Assembly (NCBI RefSeq): GCF_000143415.4
Contig: NW_003314264.1
Span: 1,993,710-2,057,709 of the forward strand
Direction: 5' to 3'
Origin: Selaginella moellendorffii
Taxonomy: Eukaryota > Plantae > Lycopodiophyta
Length of the DNA: 64,000 nt
Positions within the stretch are counted from its first letter, which is position 1. Every line of letters starts with the position of its first letter. This document shows positions 24,136 through 36,900 of the stretch, piece by piece. Below the pieces are notes generated by a model, which searched no databases, was not told the DNA's origin, and worked only from the letters and a program-made list of their open reading frames with translations. A program made the position numbers and the translations under genes.

Positions 24136-25890
24136 TTATCTGTGCCGATGCCTGGCTTCAGCAAGCCGTGCTACAGCCCTCCAGCCGATATCCCGACGGC
24201 AAAAACCATCTGGCCAAGAAACCACGTCCACGGCTTGATAAGCTCTGTTCTGTGCCTCGGCTATATCCTTTCCCAGTGCTGTGACACCCAATACTCTGCC
24301 ACCCACGGCCACTATATGCCCATCCGAGTCTACGTCTGTTCCTGCGTGGAATACCTTTACGCCCCTGACCGCTGCTTCCGCCTCGTCTAGATTCTTGATC
24401 AAAGTCCCTTTCTTATAGTTTCCTGGGTATCCACTGCTCGCTAGAACCACTACCAATGCAGGATCTTTTGTCCATTTCAAGCCTTCGATGTCCTTGAGTT
24501 CACCCTTGCATGCAGCTAAAAGCAGTTTTGCCAGATCTGACTCGAACCTCATCATCAGCACCTAAAGCCCGTGCAAAAGAGATTTAGTTAGACATATAAA
24601 CAATGAACTGAAAGAAGTAAGAGAAGAAGTTTTACCTGGCACTCGGGATCCCCGAAACGAACATTGTACTCCAGGAGCTTGGGAATTCCAGTCTTTTTGT
24701 CGATCATCAACCCGGCATATAGTATTCCAACGTACTTGCAACCTTCTTCGGCCATGCCTTTGACTGTAGGGAGGATTATAGTATCCATCACCAAGGACTC
24801 GAGGCGCGAGTCGACCATAGGCGCCGGCGAGTATGCTCCCATGCCACCCGTGTTAGGACCAATGTCACCGTCGCCAACACGCTTGTGATCTTGAGCGGAA
24901 GCCAGTGGAAGAGCCGTGTGACCGTCCACGATTGCAAAGAACGAAGCCTCCTCGCCGTCAAGAAACTCTTCCACGACGATTTTTCCGCCAGCGGAGCCCA
25001 AAGCTCCCTGGACGAGCATTGTATCCACAGCCTCGTAAGCCTCTTCCAAGCTCATGGCGACGGTCACACCTTTCCCGGCAGCAAGCCCGTCAGCCTTGAC
25101 AACTATTGGAACTCCTTGCTCGGAGATGTAGTGCTTCGCGGCCGATGGATCTGTGAAGCTCCGGTACTGCAAGAAAAATGAAAAATAAGTCTATAGGAAA
25201 GAAAGAAAAATCCAACCTTGGCTGTGGGGATTTTGTACTTGTCGCAGAAGTCCTTCATGAAAGACTTGGAGCCTTCTAGCGCTGCGGCGGAGGCTGAAGG
25301 GCCAAAAGCTGGAATCCCAGCCTCGACGAGATCATCGACAAGCCCCGCGACGAGCGGAGCCTCAGGACCGACGACAACCAAGCCAACTTCCCACCGCTTA
25401 CAAAACGAGATCACTGCAACACTATCGCTTACGTCGAGATCGGCAATGCAAGTAGCATCCCCCGCGATGGAGATCCCAATATTCCCTGGCGCGCAAAACA
25501 CACCATCGCAGCTCGCAGCTCGCTGGAGGCCGTAGCAAAGCGCGTGCTCTCTACCACCGCCTCCAATCACAAGGCAGATGATTCCATCTATGAAAATGCC
25601 ATCGAGTGGGAATAGTGTAAACGACTGTAGATAGAGCAAAGGAACGAACCTGACAACCCAGTCGATTGATCGCTGGCCTCCACGAGCACTACTCGCGATA
25701 ATCTTCGGCGAGAGCTGACCGATCGGCTCGAGAAGCTCACGGCAGCACCCAGGATTGAGGAAGATCGAGACCAGGCCAGAGTATTCCAAGCCGCGAGCTT
25801 GAAAATGCCATCGCTGGAGGCGCCGGAGTAGATCCGTGGACGAGCGCCTAGATTTCCAAGCCCTATCGCGCCAGCGGCAGCACACGCCAT
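24136..25890 (-). CDS. PUR2: Phosphoribosylamine-glycine ligase (GAR synthetase), plastid-targeted
   Basis: Motifs '[11 protein letters not shown]', '[12 protein letters not shown]', '[13 protein letters not shown]', '[23 protein letters not shown]' and '[12 protein letters not shown]'. Three introns and a transit-peptide-like N-terminus. Confidence 0.97.
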
Positions 25891-25901
25891 CAATCACTGC
25901 C

Positions 25902-25960
25902 TAAACCCTGAGTATAAACCCTAGTTCTTCCCAGATGATAAAAGGTGTATATTTCCCGCC
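25902..25960. promoter_or_regulatory. Telo-boxes (AAACCCT) and an E2F site (TTTCCCGCC) upstream of PurD
   Basis: TAAACCCTG and AAACCCTAG at 25902-25924, TTTCCCGCC at 25952-25960. Confidence 0.5.
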
Positions 25961-25995
25961 GGAAGAAAATTGGCTGGAAGGAATCCAGTGTTGGG

Positions 25996-27935
25996 TCAAT
26001 CCCAGGGAGCGCTAGCGATGGCTTGCTCCAAATCTTCTAGCAAGTCATTCACGTCCTCGATGCCCACAGAGATCCTTATGAGATCTTTCTGGAGGCCTCG
26101 AGCTTTGCGGACTTCCACGGGGATGCTCGCGTGGGACATGAAGCACGGCAAGCTTATCAGCGATTTCACACTCCCTGAGACACCAGATCTTAGAAGGAAT
26201 GGAGAAACTCTCAAAGATGAAGTTACCGAAGCTCACTGTGATGCTGAAAAGCCGAGTTTGCTCGACGATGTGCTTGGAAACTGCGACCGAGCCCGTGTAA
26301 AAGCTTAGAACAGATCCAGCTCCCATGCACTGGAAAGATTTATGCGTTTGGATGAAGACAACAACCATATGGAAGAGTTACCTGGCTGTAATGAAGTTCA
26401 TGTCCTGGGTGACTGGGCAATCCCGCATAGCGAACGTTGCCGAGCTTTGGATGTGAGGCCAGATACTCAGCTATCACCTGGGCATTTTGCTACAAGAAAG
26501 GAGCAGTGTTTGAGACGCAAGACTTTGATACTCTAAACTGTACCTGTTGCTTCTCCACACGAAGGGGCATGGTTTTGATCCCTCGCAAGCACCCCCAACA
26601 ATCAAATGGTGCTAGGCCGGTTCCTTCGGCGTTTTGGAGGAAGTAAATTTTCTTTGCCAATCTGGAACATGCAGCTCACTGGCTTAGATACGAAACAAAG
26701 TGATAGACTTACTCATCGTCTTTGACAGCGAGCACACCAGCCATGAGGTCGCTGTGGCCGGAAATAAATTTAGTTGCCGAATGCATGACAATATCTGCAA
26801 TCGATCACACGCAAGCCGTAAGTTAAATGGACAAGATGGAAAACTTATACCTGCGCCAAGCTCCAATGGTTTGGACAACGCCGGAGACATGATACTATTG
26901 TCTACCATAACTAAAGCACCGTTCTCATGAGCAATTCTTGAGATTGCCTACAAAACCATGTTATGTGGTGGTAAACGAACGAATCAAGCAGTTGATGTAT
27001 ATACCCGAATGTCGGAGATGATTTGACGAGGATTAGTCGGGCTCTCGAGCCACACAAGTCGCGTAGACGAAGATATGGCACGTCGAACATCCTCTAGATT
27101 ACTGGTGTCTACACGCCTGAAAAACCATAGTAAGAAACTCCACATTCTTGATACCTAGCTTCTTACTTCACAGTGATTCCAGAATTTGGAGTAATTCGGG
27201 ACAGAAGTCTATCAGATCCGCCATATATGTCATCGCCTGCAACTATGTCTTCTCCTGAAAAGATTTTGACAATGAAACTGCTGGAAAAATGGATACAAAC
27301 ATCACCTGCTGAAACTAGATGGGATGCAGCACTTAGCGCAGCCATTCCACTGGTAAAACAAAACGCGCGGGAAGCACCCTCCAACTTTGCTAGTAACCTA
27401 CAAATCGTTTGATCGTGAGCTAGAAAATGAAGATAAAAAACGAAGAGAACGCTTACGATTCAAGAGCATCACGAGTTGGATTCCCACTTCTCGTGTAGTC
27501 ATACTGGCCGCATTCGGTAGCTGATGGCTAGAAAAAAATCAATGTCGAGCGTTCCAACAATCGAAACTTACTTGCTTGAAAGTTGCTGTCTGATACAGCG
27601 GAGTGCTAAGAGCTCCAAATGGATCGAATTCGCTGCTGAATTGCATAATCTCCGTCGACATGCTAAGCTCCTTCTTCGCATCCACTGCCGGGGTACAAAT
27701 AAGCGGAAGAGCAAAGGATTCCAAGCCAATGTACCTGACCCTGGAGCTAGATTTTCAAGCTCCATCGCGCAAGGCCGAGCAAAACATCTGGCCGTCACTC
27801 CGGGCGCCCTGATCCTCGATGGAGCGCCGATTCCAGCAGCCTGACACACGATTCACAGCTGCGTGGTCGAAAATACGTGAAATCGAAGCCCCATACCTGT
27901 GATGGCGCCGCGATTGCCACTCCCTCGAGTAGCAT
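25996..27935 (-). CDS. CBL: Cystathionine beta-lyase, plastid (multi-exon)
   Basis: Motifs '[18 protein letters not shown]', '[11 protein letters not shown]', '[11 protein letters not shown]', the PLP-lysine motif '[16 protein letters not shown]' and '[14 protein letters not shown]'. Confidence 0.96.
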
Positions 27936-28176
27936 TCTAGCCAGTGAGAATAATTTTTAGGGTTCGTCCAGGCAATGTTTTGTCCACGTGGCGCGATTCT
28001 AGACCGGCGGTAGCCGGTTGCCATGGTGCCCCTTTAGAACAAGAAAAAATGCGTGTAAAGGGATTCGAGAAAGGTCGATCTTTTCATTTCATTCATTCAT
28101 TCATTCTCTAGGGTTGTGCTAGGGTTTTGAGAGCGCCTCGCCGGAGAGGCCCGGGAGAAGCAAATTCGATCGGTCG

Positions 28177-29945
28177 GATGGGGCGCCCGCTTCCGGCACA
28201 CCTCACGACTGTGGACGCTGTAAGCAATCGAGCGCCGTGAGCTGCGCGGCGCGATCTTTCTTTCTTTCGTTTGCTGAATTCTCGCTCTCAGCTGCAGGAA
28301 AATGAGAATGTCGTGCTGGGAATGCCTGGGCCATGGGCGGAGGACAATCAAGAAATGAGCGATCACTACACGAGCAAAGTCGGGGGATTGCCGGTAGAAT
28401 TGGTTTCTTTTTCCTCAGCTGTGTGTGATCGTAAGAATTTCACTTGGAGCTCGCGTTTCTGGAACAGGATTGGCCGCTTGATTCTGACGAGATCGACAGC
28501 AGCTTGCTGAAATGCAGTGTTTGCGGTGGTGAATTGGGACTCGTTGCACAGGTTTAATTCATGTATACTGTGATGCCTATTCCCTGCTTGCGATTATCTT
28601 TGCTTTTTCCAGGCCAGCTTTTTCCAGGTTATCTCAAAGTTTGCTTTTGTTTCCATTTGCAGGTGTATGCCCCGTTGTCGATCAACAATACCAAGATCGA
28701 AGAACGTGTGCTTTTTATTTTTGGATGCCCCACGTCTAGCTGCGGTATCAGTCCTCTCAGGTTCTTTCTACAAACAAAGCCATATATATTCAACTTGCTA
28801 GCATTCTTCCATGCAACTTAGCTTTTACTAACTAAGAACATTCCAGTTGGAGAACATTGAGGTTGCAGAAGGATGGTCCCTCGTCACCTGTGTGCTCGCC
28901 GGCTAGCGATACGCCATCGACTTCAACCGGTGAGTCTGGTGATGATGCGGAAGCTTCATCCGCTAGAGACGATCAAAACTCGAATGATTGGTGGGAGGAC
29001 GACTCCTCGTGGGCTCCTATAGCTCAGGCTGAGAATGGGGAAGAGGCTGGGAGCATGGGATTGCACGAACTGGAAGAAGCTCTACTCGAGGCCGGATATG
29101 CTGCGGCGGCTCGACCGCAGTCACAGGCCAGTACGCGCCATGAGATACGAGAGTCCAATGAGGATGAACCAACGTCAAGCGAGGAGATTACTGAGGCCGA
29201 GTTACCTGGTAATACAACTTGTGGTTTTCGCATTTCCTTGGCACTCTTTTGAGGACGAGGCTATTGACAGATTGGTGACAATGCAGTGCTACCATGCTTT
29301 TACATCTATTCCCAGAATGAGTCCCATCCGTGCCGGGGCAGCAGAGCCGTGAGCGCTCTACAAAACTCGGAACGGCTTGTGGACTTCGGTCTGGATGCTA
29401 GTACCGGTACCGATTCCGCTCAGGCGGACGAGTGTTGGGAAGGGGAGGAATACGAACACGATAGGGCCGTTTCAGCTGATAGGACTTATTTGAAGTTTAA
29501 AAAGAGATTGGATTGCTACCCGGAACAATGCTACAGGTTGGTCAGTTTGTTTCCAGTTCATGTTTTTTTGAGACTTGCTTTGGTTGAGAGCAGGTATAGT
29601 TTCGGTGGCCGTGCGTTGCTAGCGAACAAAGATCAAGGGGATCCCGGTGTTTGCTCCTTGTGTCGAGGGCCTCGGGTTTATGAGATGCAGCTCATGCCAC
29701 CGCTTCTCTACTATCTCCAGCAAGCTTGTAAAGATCTCCCTTCTACGTCCTACGGCCCCAACGATTGGGAATGGTTGACAGTCATCATCTACACTTGTGC
29801 TCAGGTAGAATGAAAACAACTGGTCGCATTCTCATTTCACAGTTACGCTTTTTCCCAGAGCTGCTCAAGGCCACCACAGGCTGATGGTGAAAGGAAGAGT
29901 TGGATAGTGGTGGAAGAAGCTACCATTTTACAGTACGAGACATAA
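28177..29945 (+). CDS. PDCD2-like / Tsr4-family protein (PDCD2_C domain)
   Basis: Motifs 'VVLGMPGPWAED...DHYTSKVGGLP', 'QVYAP', 'YLKFKKRLDCYPEQC.RYSFGG' and 'CSLCRGPRVYEMQLMPPLLY'. The short first exon (28177-28218) is inferred from the splice sites. Confidence 0.88.
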
Positions 29946-30052
29946 AATGGATGGAGATACTACACACCGTCCTGCATTGGATCAATCACTAATCAAGAAG
30001 CACCAAAATCGCAGCTCGCGGTTCATTCGTTTATTGTGGAGGGAGGCATTTC

Positions 30053-32113
30053 TCACTCTTCCATTTCGACTTCCACCTTGGGCAAGTCCCAGACGTCCTC
30101 AGTCGTGGCGCCAGTAACGATCATCATCGGCTGCTGAAGTGGTGGAAGGTTAAGGAAAAGAAGAGAAAACAATGCGAGCAAGACTTTTCCAAAGGATATC
30201 ATCTTCTTCCTTTTGGCCGCGATTCAGGCTGTGTTGGAGTTCTCTTTGGACCTCCGGCGTGACCTGCGTTCCATCAAACAAAACCTTGTCAATCAATCAA
30301 GTCCAGGACGAGCAACAAAACTTTCTTCTCTCGACTTGTCTCTCACCAGATAATGCTTCTGATGGCGCATCAGTCGCTTCAAGCTCCCCTTATCGGCCTC
30401 GGTTAAAGAGTTCTTGTACCTGGCAAACTTTCGCGACATTAATAAAGAGCAAAGGAGAGAAACTTCCTTCTTTTCGGCGAATACCTCTGGACAAACGTGA
30501 GCAGGCATTGGTGCCATATAACAGGGAGCTGGCGCTCTTCTTCCGTGAACTTCACGAAATGAGAGACCACAGCATCGATGACACGGTGAGGCAGCGAGTA
30601 CTTCTTGTCTAGCAGAAGCTTCAAAAAATAGCTGCAAAACAAAGAACAAGAAAAACTATAGAAAATAGATGAGAGGTTTATCGTTTACCTATTTGTACCG
30701 GAATACTCCATCTCGGCAATTTTAAGTATCGCAACACTGGGACAAAAACAATTTTAATTTGTTCTTCTCAATATGAAGACAATGGAAAAGAACTTACCTT
30801 GAATGACCCGCAGGTATTGATACCTTTTGAATGATACTGCCGACGATCACGGCTTCCCGCAAGTTGCAAGTTTGCGACTTGACAATTCCAAACAGTAAAA
30901 GGAAACAGTTAGCAAGCGATTCTGTGCTCGGAAGAATCATCAGACGCTCACCAAGCAGAGAGGAAAGATGATGCCTTTGTAGAACGCGGAGGGCTTGTAG
31001 ACCGATTTCTTGAGTGCTTGGTAGAGAGCAAAATGAAGTCTTTTGTTGGTCCGGATGTCTTCGCGAATTCGAGGCAGCAGCACCAGTGTATAAAACCGCG
31101 CAGCCATCCGCGAGTTTAAGTTTGAAGCGAAAAGCCGAGTTGCCTGGTACACGGCGTTTGGGGACCAGTTCTCAGGCTCTGTCAAGTAGAGAGCTTGTTC
31201 CCACTCGGCTAGAGCTGTAACAATCTTGAAAGCTTTTGGTAACTTCCCGGCCGTGTATCGGCTTAAAAGCTTCCCAACGCTGCAGTACACATAGCACGGT
31301 TCTTATCAATGTCAAATATAAACAGAGGAAAGAACTTGCCCACGATATACGTCGATGACCTTTTGATCAAACCCGGGAACAGTTCTTCCTGCGAAAAATC
31401 GATTTTGTTTCCATGGAATGCGTGTAAACACGTTGATTCGTACCTTCATCCTTCAATAGGTCCTGCGTAGCATTACAGTTTTGAATTTTGCTCATGATCA
31501 TGTCTGTGAGCGTACGCTGCGGAGGTGCGTCCTTGGCCATGAACATAGAAAGAATGCGTTCTTCTTCTTCCGAAATCTCCTGCAGAGAAGGGAGATATAA
31601 GATCAAGAGAAAGGTGTGAGCAACATTTTCTCATTCGACTTACGTGACCTTCGGCTGGATCAAACTCGCTCTTGCTGTCAAAGATATCATCCTCCTCATC
31701 GTCACTCTCGTTGGCGGCCACATTCTTTTCTAGAGCCTCAAAAGCCTTGCCAGCTTTTGAGCGCTCATCCTCCTCATCCCTGTCGGCGAGAAAACGCCTC
31801 TCAACACTCGAGAGATGATAAAAAATGCGAGGACGTACTCTTCTTTCTGGATCTCTTTCATTTGTTTCCTTGCCTCTTTAAGAATTCTGCCGCTCATAGA
31901 AGCATCCACGTACTGTACAACACGAATGTTAGCCCAGTATTCGATCAAGCAGGAAAAAACTCCTACATCGTCATTCTCTTGCTTGCTCTTGGATTTCTTG
32001 GACCTCGCCCTGCTCGAAACCACGGTCTCGCTCTCAATTTGATCTTCCAGTGTCATCCTCGCCCTCTTCTCTTTCCCGGGTGCGGCTCCTCCCCTCCGCT
32101 TCATCCCCGCCAT
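30053..32113 (-). CDS. BYSL: Bystin / Enp1 (pre-40S ribosome biogenesis factor), multi-exon
   Basis: Motifs '[15 protein letters not shown]', '[24 protein letters not shown]', '[12 protein letters not shown]', '[18 protein letters not shown]' and '[16 protein letters not shown]'. Confidence 0.96.
30139..30199 (-). other. U12-type (minor spliceosome) AT-AC intron in bystin
   Basis: The minus strand reads GATG|ATATCCTTT...TTTTCCTTAACCTTCCAC(CAC)|, with a consensus U12 5' splice site and branch point. Removing it restores the frame to the terminal exon. Confidence 0.88.
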
Positions 32114-32257
32114 GGCTAAACCCTAAATAAAACCCTAGATTCTGGGGAAAAAAGTTAGGGCTCTTGGCTACAGACGTTTGAGTGGAAATCACGCGCGACG
32201 GCCCCATTCTGCCTGAGCTTCTGCCGGCGATTGTGGAGAGGCAGGGGCGACGAGGCC

Positions 32258-33557
32258 ATGGCGCGTCAAGCATCTCACGCTGGATCTTGGTACTCCGATG
32301 ATGGTGAGCATTGTCTCGAATTTCGGGAATTTGTGGGTGAAATTGGGGTTTTCTTGAATGTGGCAGCGTTGGAGCTTCGCGAGGAGCTGGATGGATGGCT
32401 CAAAGGCTCTGGTCTTCCAAAGAAGCCGGACGCGCGAGCTGTGATTGCTCCGTGAGTGGGAATTATCTCTTCTTTCTTGAAAATCTTGCGAGCAAGAACG
32501 TCAATTCTTGCAGGCATGCTGGATATCGTTATTCTGGACGCTGCGCTGCCTTCGCATTCGCGAATATAGATCCACAAGTCGTGTAAGTTTGCTCTTCCTG
32601 CACGACTCTTGCTAGTTTTCTCAAATTTTATCTTTGTTCCAGATCTAGAGTTTTTATCCTTGGGCCATCTCACCATCACTACACTCGCAAGTGTGCTCTT
32701 TCGAGAACTTCTGTTTACAAAACTCCGCTGGGAGATCTTCCTATCGATCTAGATGGTAGTCTCTCTTGCATTGGATTTCCTATAAGTCGTGAAAGTTCTT
32801 TGTAGTTTACAGAGAGCTCAAGGAAACTGGGCAGTTTGAGGAGATGCGTGTGGATGTCGACGAGGCCGAGCACAGCATGGAAATGCATCTGCCATACCTC
32901 GCCAAAGTTTTCAGCGGGTAACTCTCTCGTTTCCAAATCGTTCTAGAGTAATTGGTGTGTGGAACTCGCTACTGACTTAGACATACAAGTGAAGGGTGCC
33001 CGTGAAGATCGTTCCCATTCTAGTCGGCACATTGTCATCCGAGAGTGAAGCTCTGTATGGACGGCTGCTTGCAAAGTACCTCGACGATCCCTCTAACTTC
33101 TTCTCCGTCTCCTCGGATTTCTGTCACTGGGGATCACGGTAAGTCTCTTTTCTCGCTTGTTTGTTCATCAATCTATCCTTCCCGCAGGTTTGGATACACG
33201 TACTATGACAAGAAGCGTGGCCCCATTTACAAGTCCATCGAGGCTCTCGACAAGTGTGGCATGGACATCATCGAGTCCAAAAATCCGGAAGCTTTCAAGA
33301 GCTACCTGGACGAGTACGAGAACACCATTTGTGGACGCCATCCCATAGGAGTTCTTCTTCACGTAAGCTTTAGTAGCATTCCAGGTCGAAAGGAACTCTC
33401 AATTTTTTTTTTACTTCTTTGTTGCATGCAGATGATACAAGATTGTAACACCAAACTGGAGCTAAGATTCTTGCAGTACGAGCAGTCAAGCCATTGCAAA
33501 ACTTCGCGAGACAGCAGCGTGAGCTACGCATCCGCGGTGATCACGGTGGAATGCTGA
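32258..33557 (+). CDS. MEMO1: MEMO1 family protein (multi-exon)
   Basis: Motifs '[12 protein letters not shown]', '[10 protein letters not shown]', 'LGPSHH', '[10 protein letters not shown]', 'SSDFCHWG', 'NTICGRHPI' and 'DSSVSYAS'. Confidence 0.96.
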
Positions 33558-33985
33558 TAAGAAGGCGAGCTCTATGCTACCAAATAATTCTTTCTACTAA
33601 CACACGCATTAGTTCAAATTTTACATACTATACGACCTCTCCATCTCCAATGGACGTTGTCATTAAACGATAAGATTGGGTCCAAAGAAAGAATGGGTAA
33701 ATCCTATTATTGATGTGAATGTGATAAAAACCAGCAGCGAATGTGATACTTGAAAGAAATATAGCCTGGGCGAAATGATGCGAGAGAGTGGATTTGTAAA
33801 ACCCTAGAAATGGAACTATGATTTCTACGTTCTAGGGTTTCGTAGCGAAGACGGGGGCTTCACAGTCGTCGGGGGGCGGCGCCAGCGCCAGCCGCCACAG
33901 ATCAGCGTTGGAGGAGAGTTGGAATTGGTGGATTTCGTGGACGCGACCTCGGCAGCAGCCCCGGCAGCTGCGTCTCTTGCAGGTA

Positions 33986-36900
33986 ATGGAATCCACCACC
34001 GCCGCGGCGGTAGCGTCGAGGCAGCAGCAGCGAGGCGCCAATGGATCGGCGGATTCCGGCGCCGCTCTTCCTGCGCTGGAGGAGCCCGAGTACCTGGCGA
34101 GGTTTCTCGTGATGAAGCACTCGTGGCGCGGGCGGTACAAGAGGATTTTGTGTATCTCCGAGTCGAGCATTATCACGCTCGAGCCGGGGAGCCTCCAGGT
34201 GACGAATTCGTATGATCTGGACACGGATTATGAGAGCGCGGCGCCGGTGGCTGGGCGCGAGGATCCATCACAACAGCAGGGGCTCGAGTTTACGATCAAT
34301 GTCCGGACGGATGGGCGTGGGAAGTTTAAGTCGGTCAAGTTCTCTTCCAGGTGAGTTTGTGCGTGGCTTTTGATAAAATGCCGGTGGCTTATCTGAAGGA
34401 ACAGGTCCCGTGCAGCGATTCTCACCGAGCTACACAAGTTGAAGTGGAGCAAAGGTGGCACCGCGCCGTCGGTGGCGAGCTTTTCGGTTCTTCGGCTCCG
34501 GCGAAGATCTTCTCAGTGGTCACCTTGTGTGAGTCTCTTTTTTCTCTCTCTTTTTGTGCTTTTTCATGATCTCGGGTTCGTGCAACTTGTAAAGGTGTTG
34601 AAGGTAACGCCCATTGGAGTCGAGATTCGAGATTCCAAGTCAAATGATCTTTGCTGGTGCTTGGACTTTCGGGATATGGATTCTCCTGGAATCATCTTGC
34701 TCTGTGATGCGTACGGCAAAAAGGGAGCTGAGGGAGGAGGTTTTGTTTTGTGCCCTCTGTATGGCAGAAAGTGCAAAGCCTTCATCGCTGACGTAGGAGC
34801 GTCTAACGCGGCCATAATTTCTAAGCTGGTATGCAAAGAACTCAATTGCGTAATTTATCGAATCTGTCTCTTGCAGACCAATACAGCAAAGTCCAGTGTG
34901 GGGGTCACGACTACTATTGACTCATCCCAGACATTTGGTGCGCCGGAGTTTCTTAAACAAAGAGGTAGAGATTCTTTTTGCCATCTTCAGAAGGAAATTC
35001 TAATCTTTTCGATTTTAGCCAGTAGTATGGTTGGTGTAAGTGAAGCTCCTGTTGGTGAATGGTCTGTAACGAGAATTCGTTCCTCCGCGCATGGGACTGT
35101 AAATACGGTTGGATTGACGCTTGGCTTGGGGCCAAAGGGAGGACTAGGAGACCATGGCGATACCGTTTACCGAAAGCTTGTTCTTACAAAGAGCTCCTTG
35201 GTCGAACGAAGACATGACAACTATGAGGTATTTCTCTACAGTTTGCATTCAAGCGTGATTGTTTTTTTAGCTTTCTTCAAAACTTGCCTGAGTGCATGCT
35301 GGTGTTAACAGGTCATTGATGGTTGATGGAACAGGCAGTGAGTGGTCGGCCTCTATCGTCAGCAGCAGCTCTCGTTCGATTTGCTGAGGAGCCCCAGATG
35401 TTTGCTATTGAGTTTGGTGATGGATGCCCAGTCCATGTAAGTGTTTTGCTTTGGTAAGTGCACTATGAAGCTCTTACATCAAAACCCTTTCAGGTCTATA
35501 CAAGCACGTCTAGAGACAGTTTGCTGGCGGCTGTGAAGGATTTAATTCAGACTGAGGTTTGTTCGTTTCGTTTTGAGGTTTAGTGACTTACGTTGGTCAC
35601 AGGGTCAACGTCCGGTCGCTGTTCTTCCCAGGCTGACAATGCCAGGACACCGTTTAGATCCTCCCACTGGAAGAGTGCCAGTACCTTTAGTAAGCTCGCA
35701 CCATCATCGTCTATTCACAGAACCGGAGGGTGAAGTTCTTCATCTCAAGCACTTGGTGGCAGCTGCAAAAGATGCGGTTGCAGAGGGTGGCTCTATTCCT
35801 GGATCAAAAGCAAGACTTTGGCGAAGAGTGCGAGAATTCAACGCCTGTGTTCCATATAGCGGTATCCAATTATCTACGGATGTTCCAGACGTGACATACA
35901 TGGCATTATTGTCGATGCTGCCAGCACCAGTTAATCTACCAGCAGAAGCTCCCCCGCCACCTCCGCCGTCACCCAAGGCCGCAGGAACATTGATAGGTCT
36001 CATCGCGTGCTTAAGACGGCTACTTTCGTCTTCAACAGTAGCTTCGGTGGTAATCTCAATGCCAGTGGCGGTTGGAAGGATAATGGGATTACTGAGAAAC
36101 GGCTCTGAAGGCGTGGCAATGGAAGCGTCCTCTTTGATCGCCATGCTTATTGGAGGTGGGCCTGGGGATGGGAACTTCGGAATCAACAGCAAAGGCGAAC
36201 GGCATGCCACCATGATGCATGCGAAGTCAGCCTTGTTTGGTAACCAGCTTCACACGACCGTTCTGGTTAACAGGCTGAAGTCGCCGTCGGTCTCGACGTT
36301 ACTTTCAATGGCAGTGGTGGAAGTTCTGGAAGCTATGCTCTGCGAGCCTCAAAGCGAAACAACAGACTCGTCGACTTTCATCGAGATGTTAAGACAAGTA
36401 GCTGGTTTGCGGAGGCGACTGTTCGCACTCTTCGGCCATCCTGCGGAGGGTGTGAGGGAGACAGTAGCTGTTATTATGCGCACCATTGCGGAGGAAGATG
36501 CTATTGCTGCTGAATCCATGCGAGACGCAGCCTTGCGTGATGGAGCTCTATTGAGACACCTGGTGCACGCATTCTTCTTGCCACCTGGTGAACGTCGGGA
36601 AGTGAGCAGGCAACTTGTGGCGCTTTGGGCTGATTCTCATGCACCTGCGCTCGATCTTCTTTCCCGTGTGCTACCTCCGGGGCTCGTGGCTTATCTCCAT
36701 ACTCGTCCTTCGGACGACGACGAGGACTTGAAGCTTGAGTTCAGTCAAGAGAACATCTTCGGCAAACGACGACAGAAGCGGCTTCTACAAAGACGGAGGG
36801 GCCGTTTGCTACGTCCAAAGCCGGCAATTGTTACAGAGGCAGAAAGTGCTGGGCACAATGGCGATTCTCAGCTTACAGACAGCATTATAGTTACCAGAAC

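Noticed and set aside
18969-27935. Biosynthetic gene cluster (HPPD, PurD, CBL)
   Set aside because: The enzymes belong to unrelated primary pathways and are interleaved with a ciliary gene. General compaction explains the adjacency.
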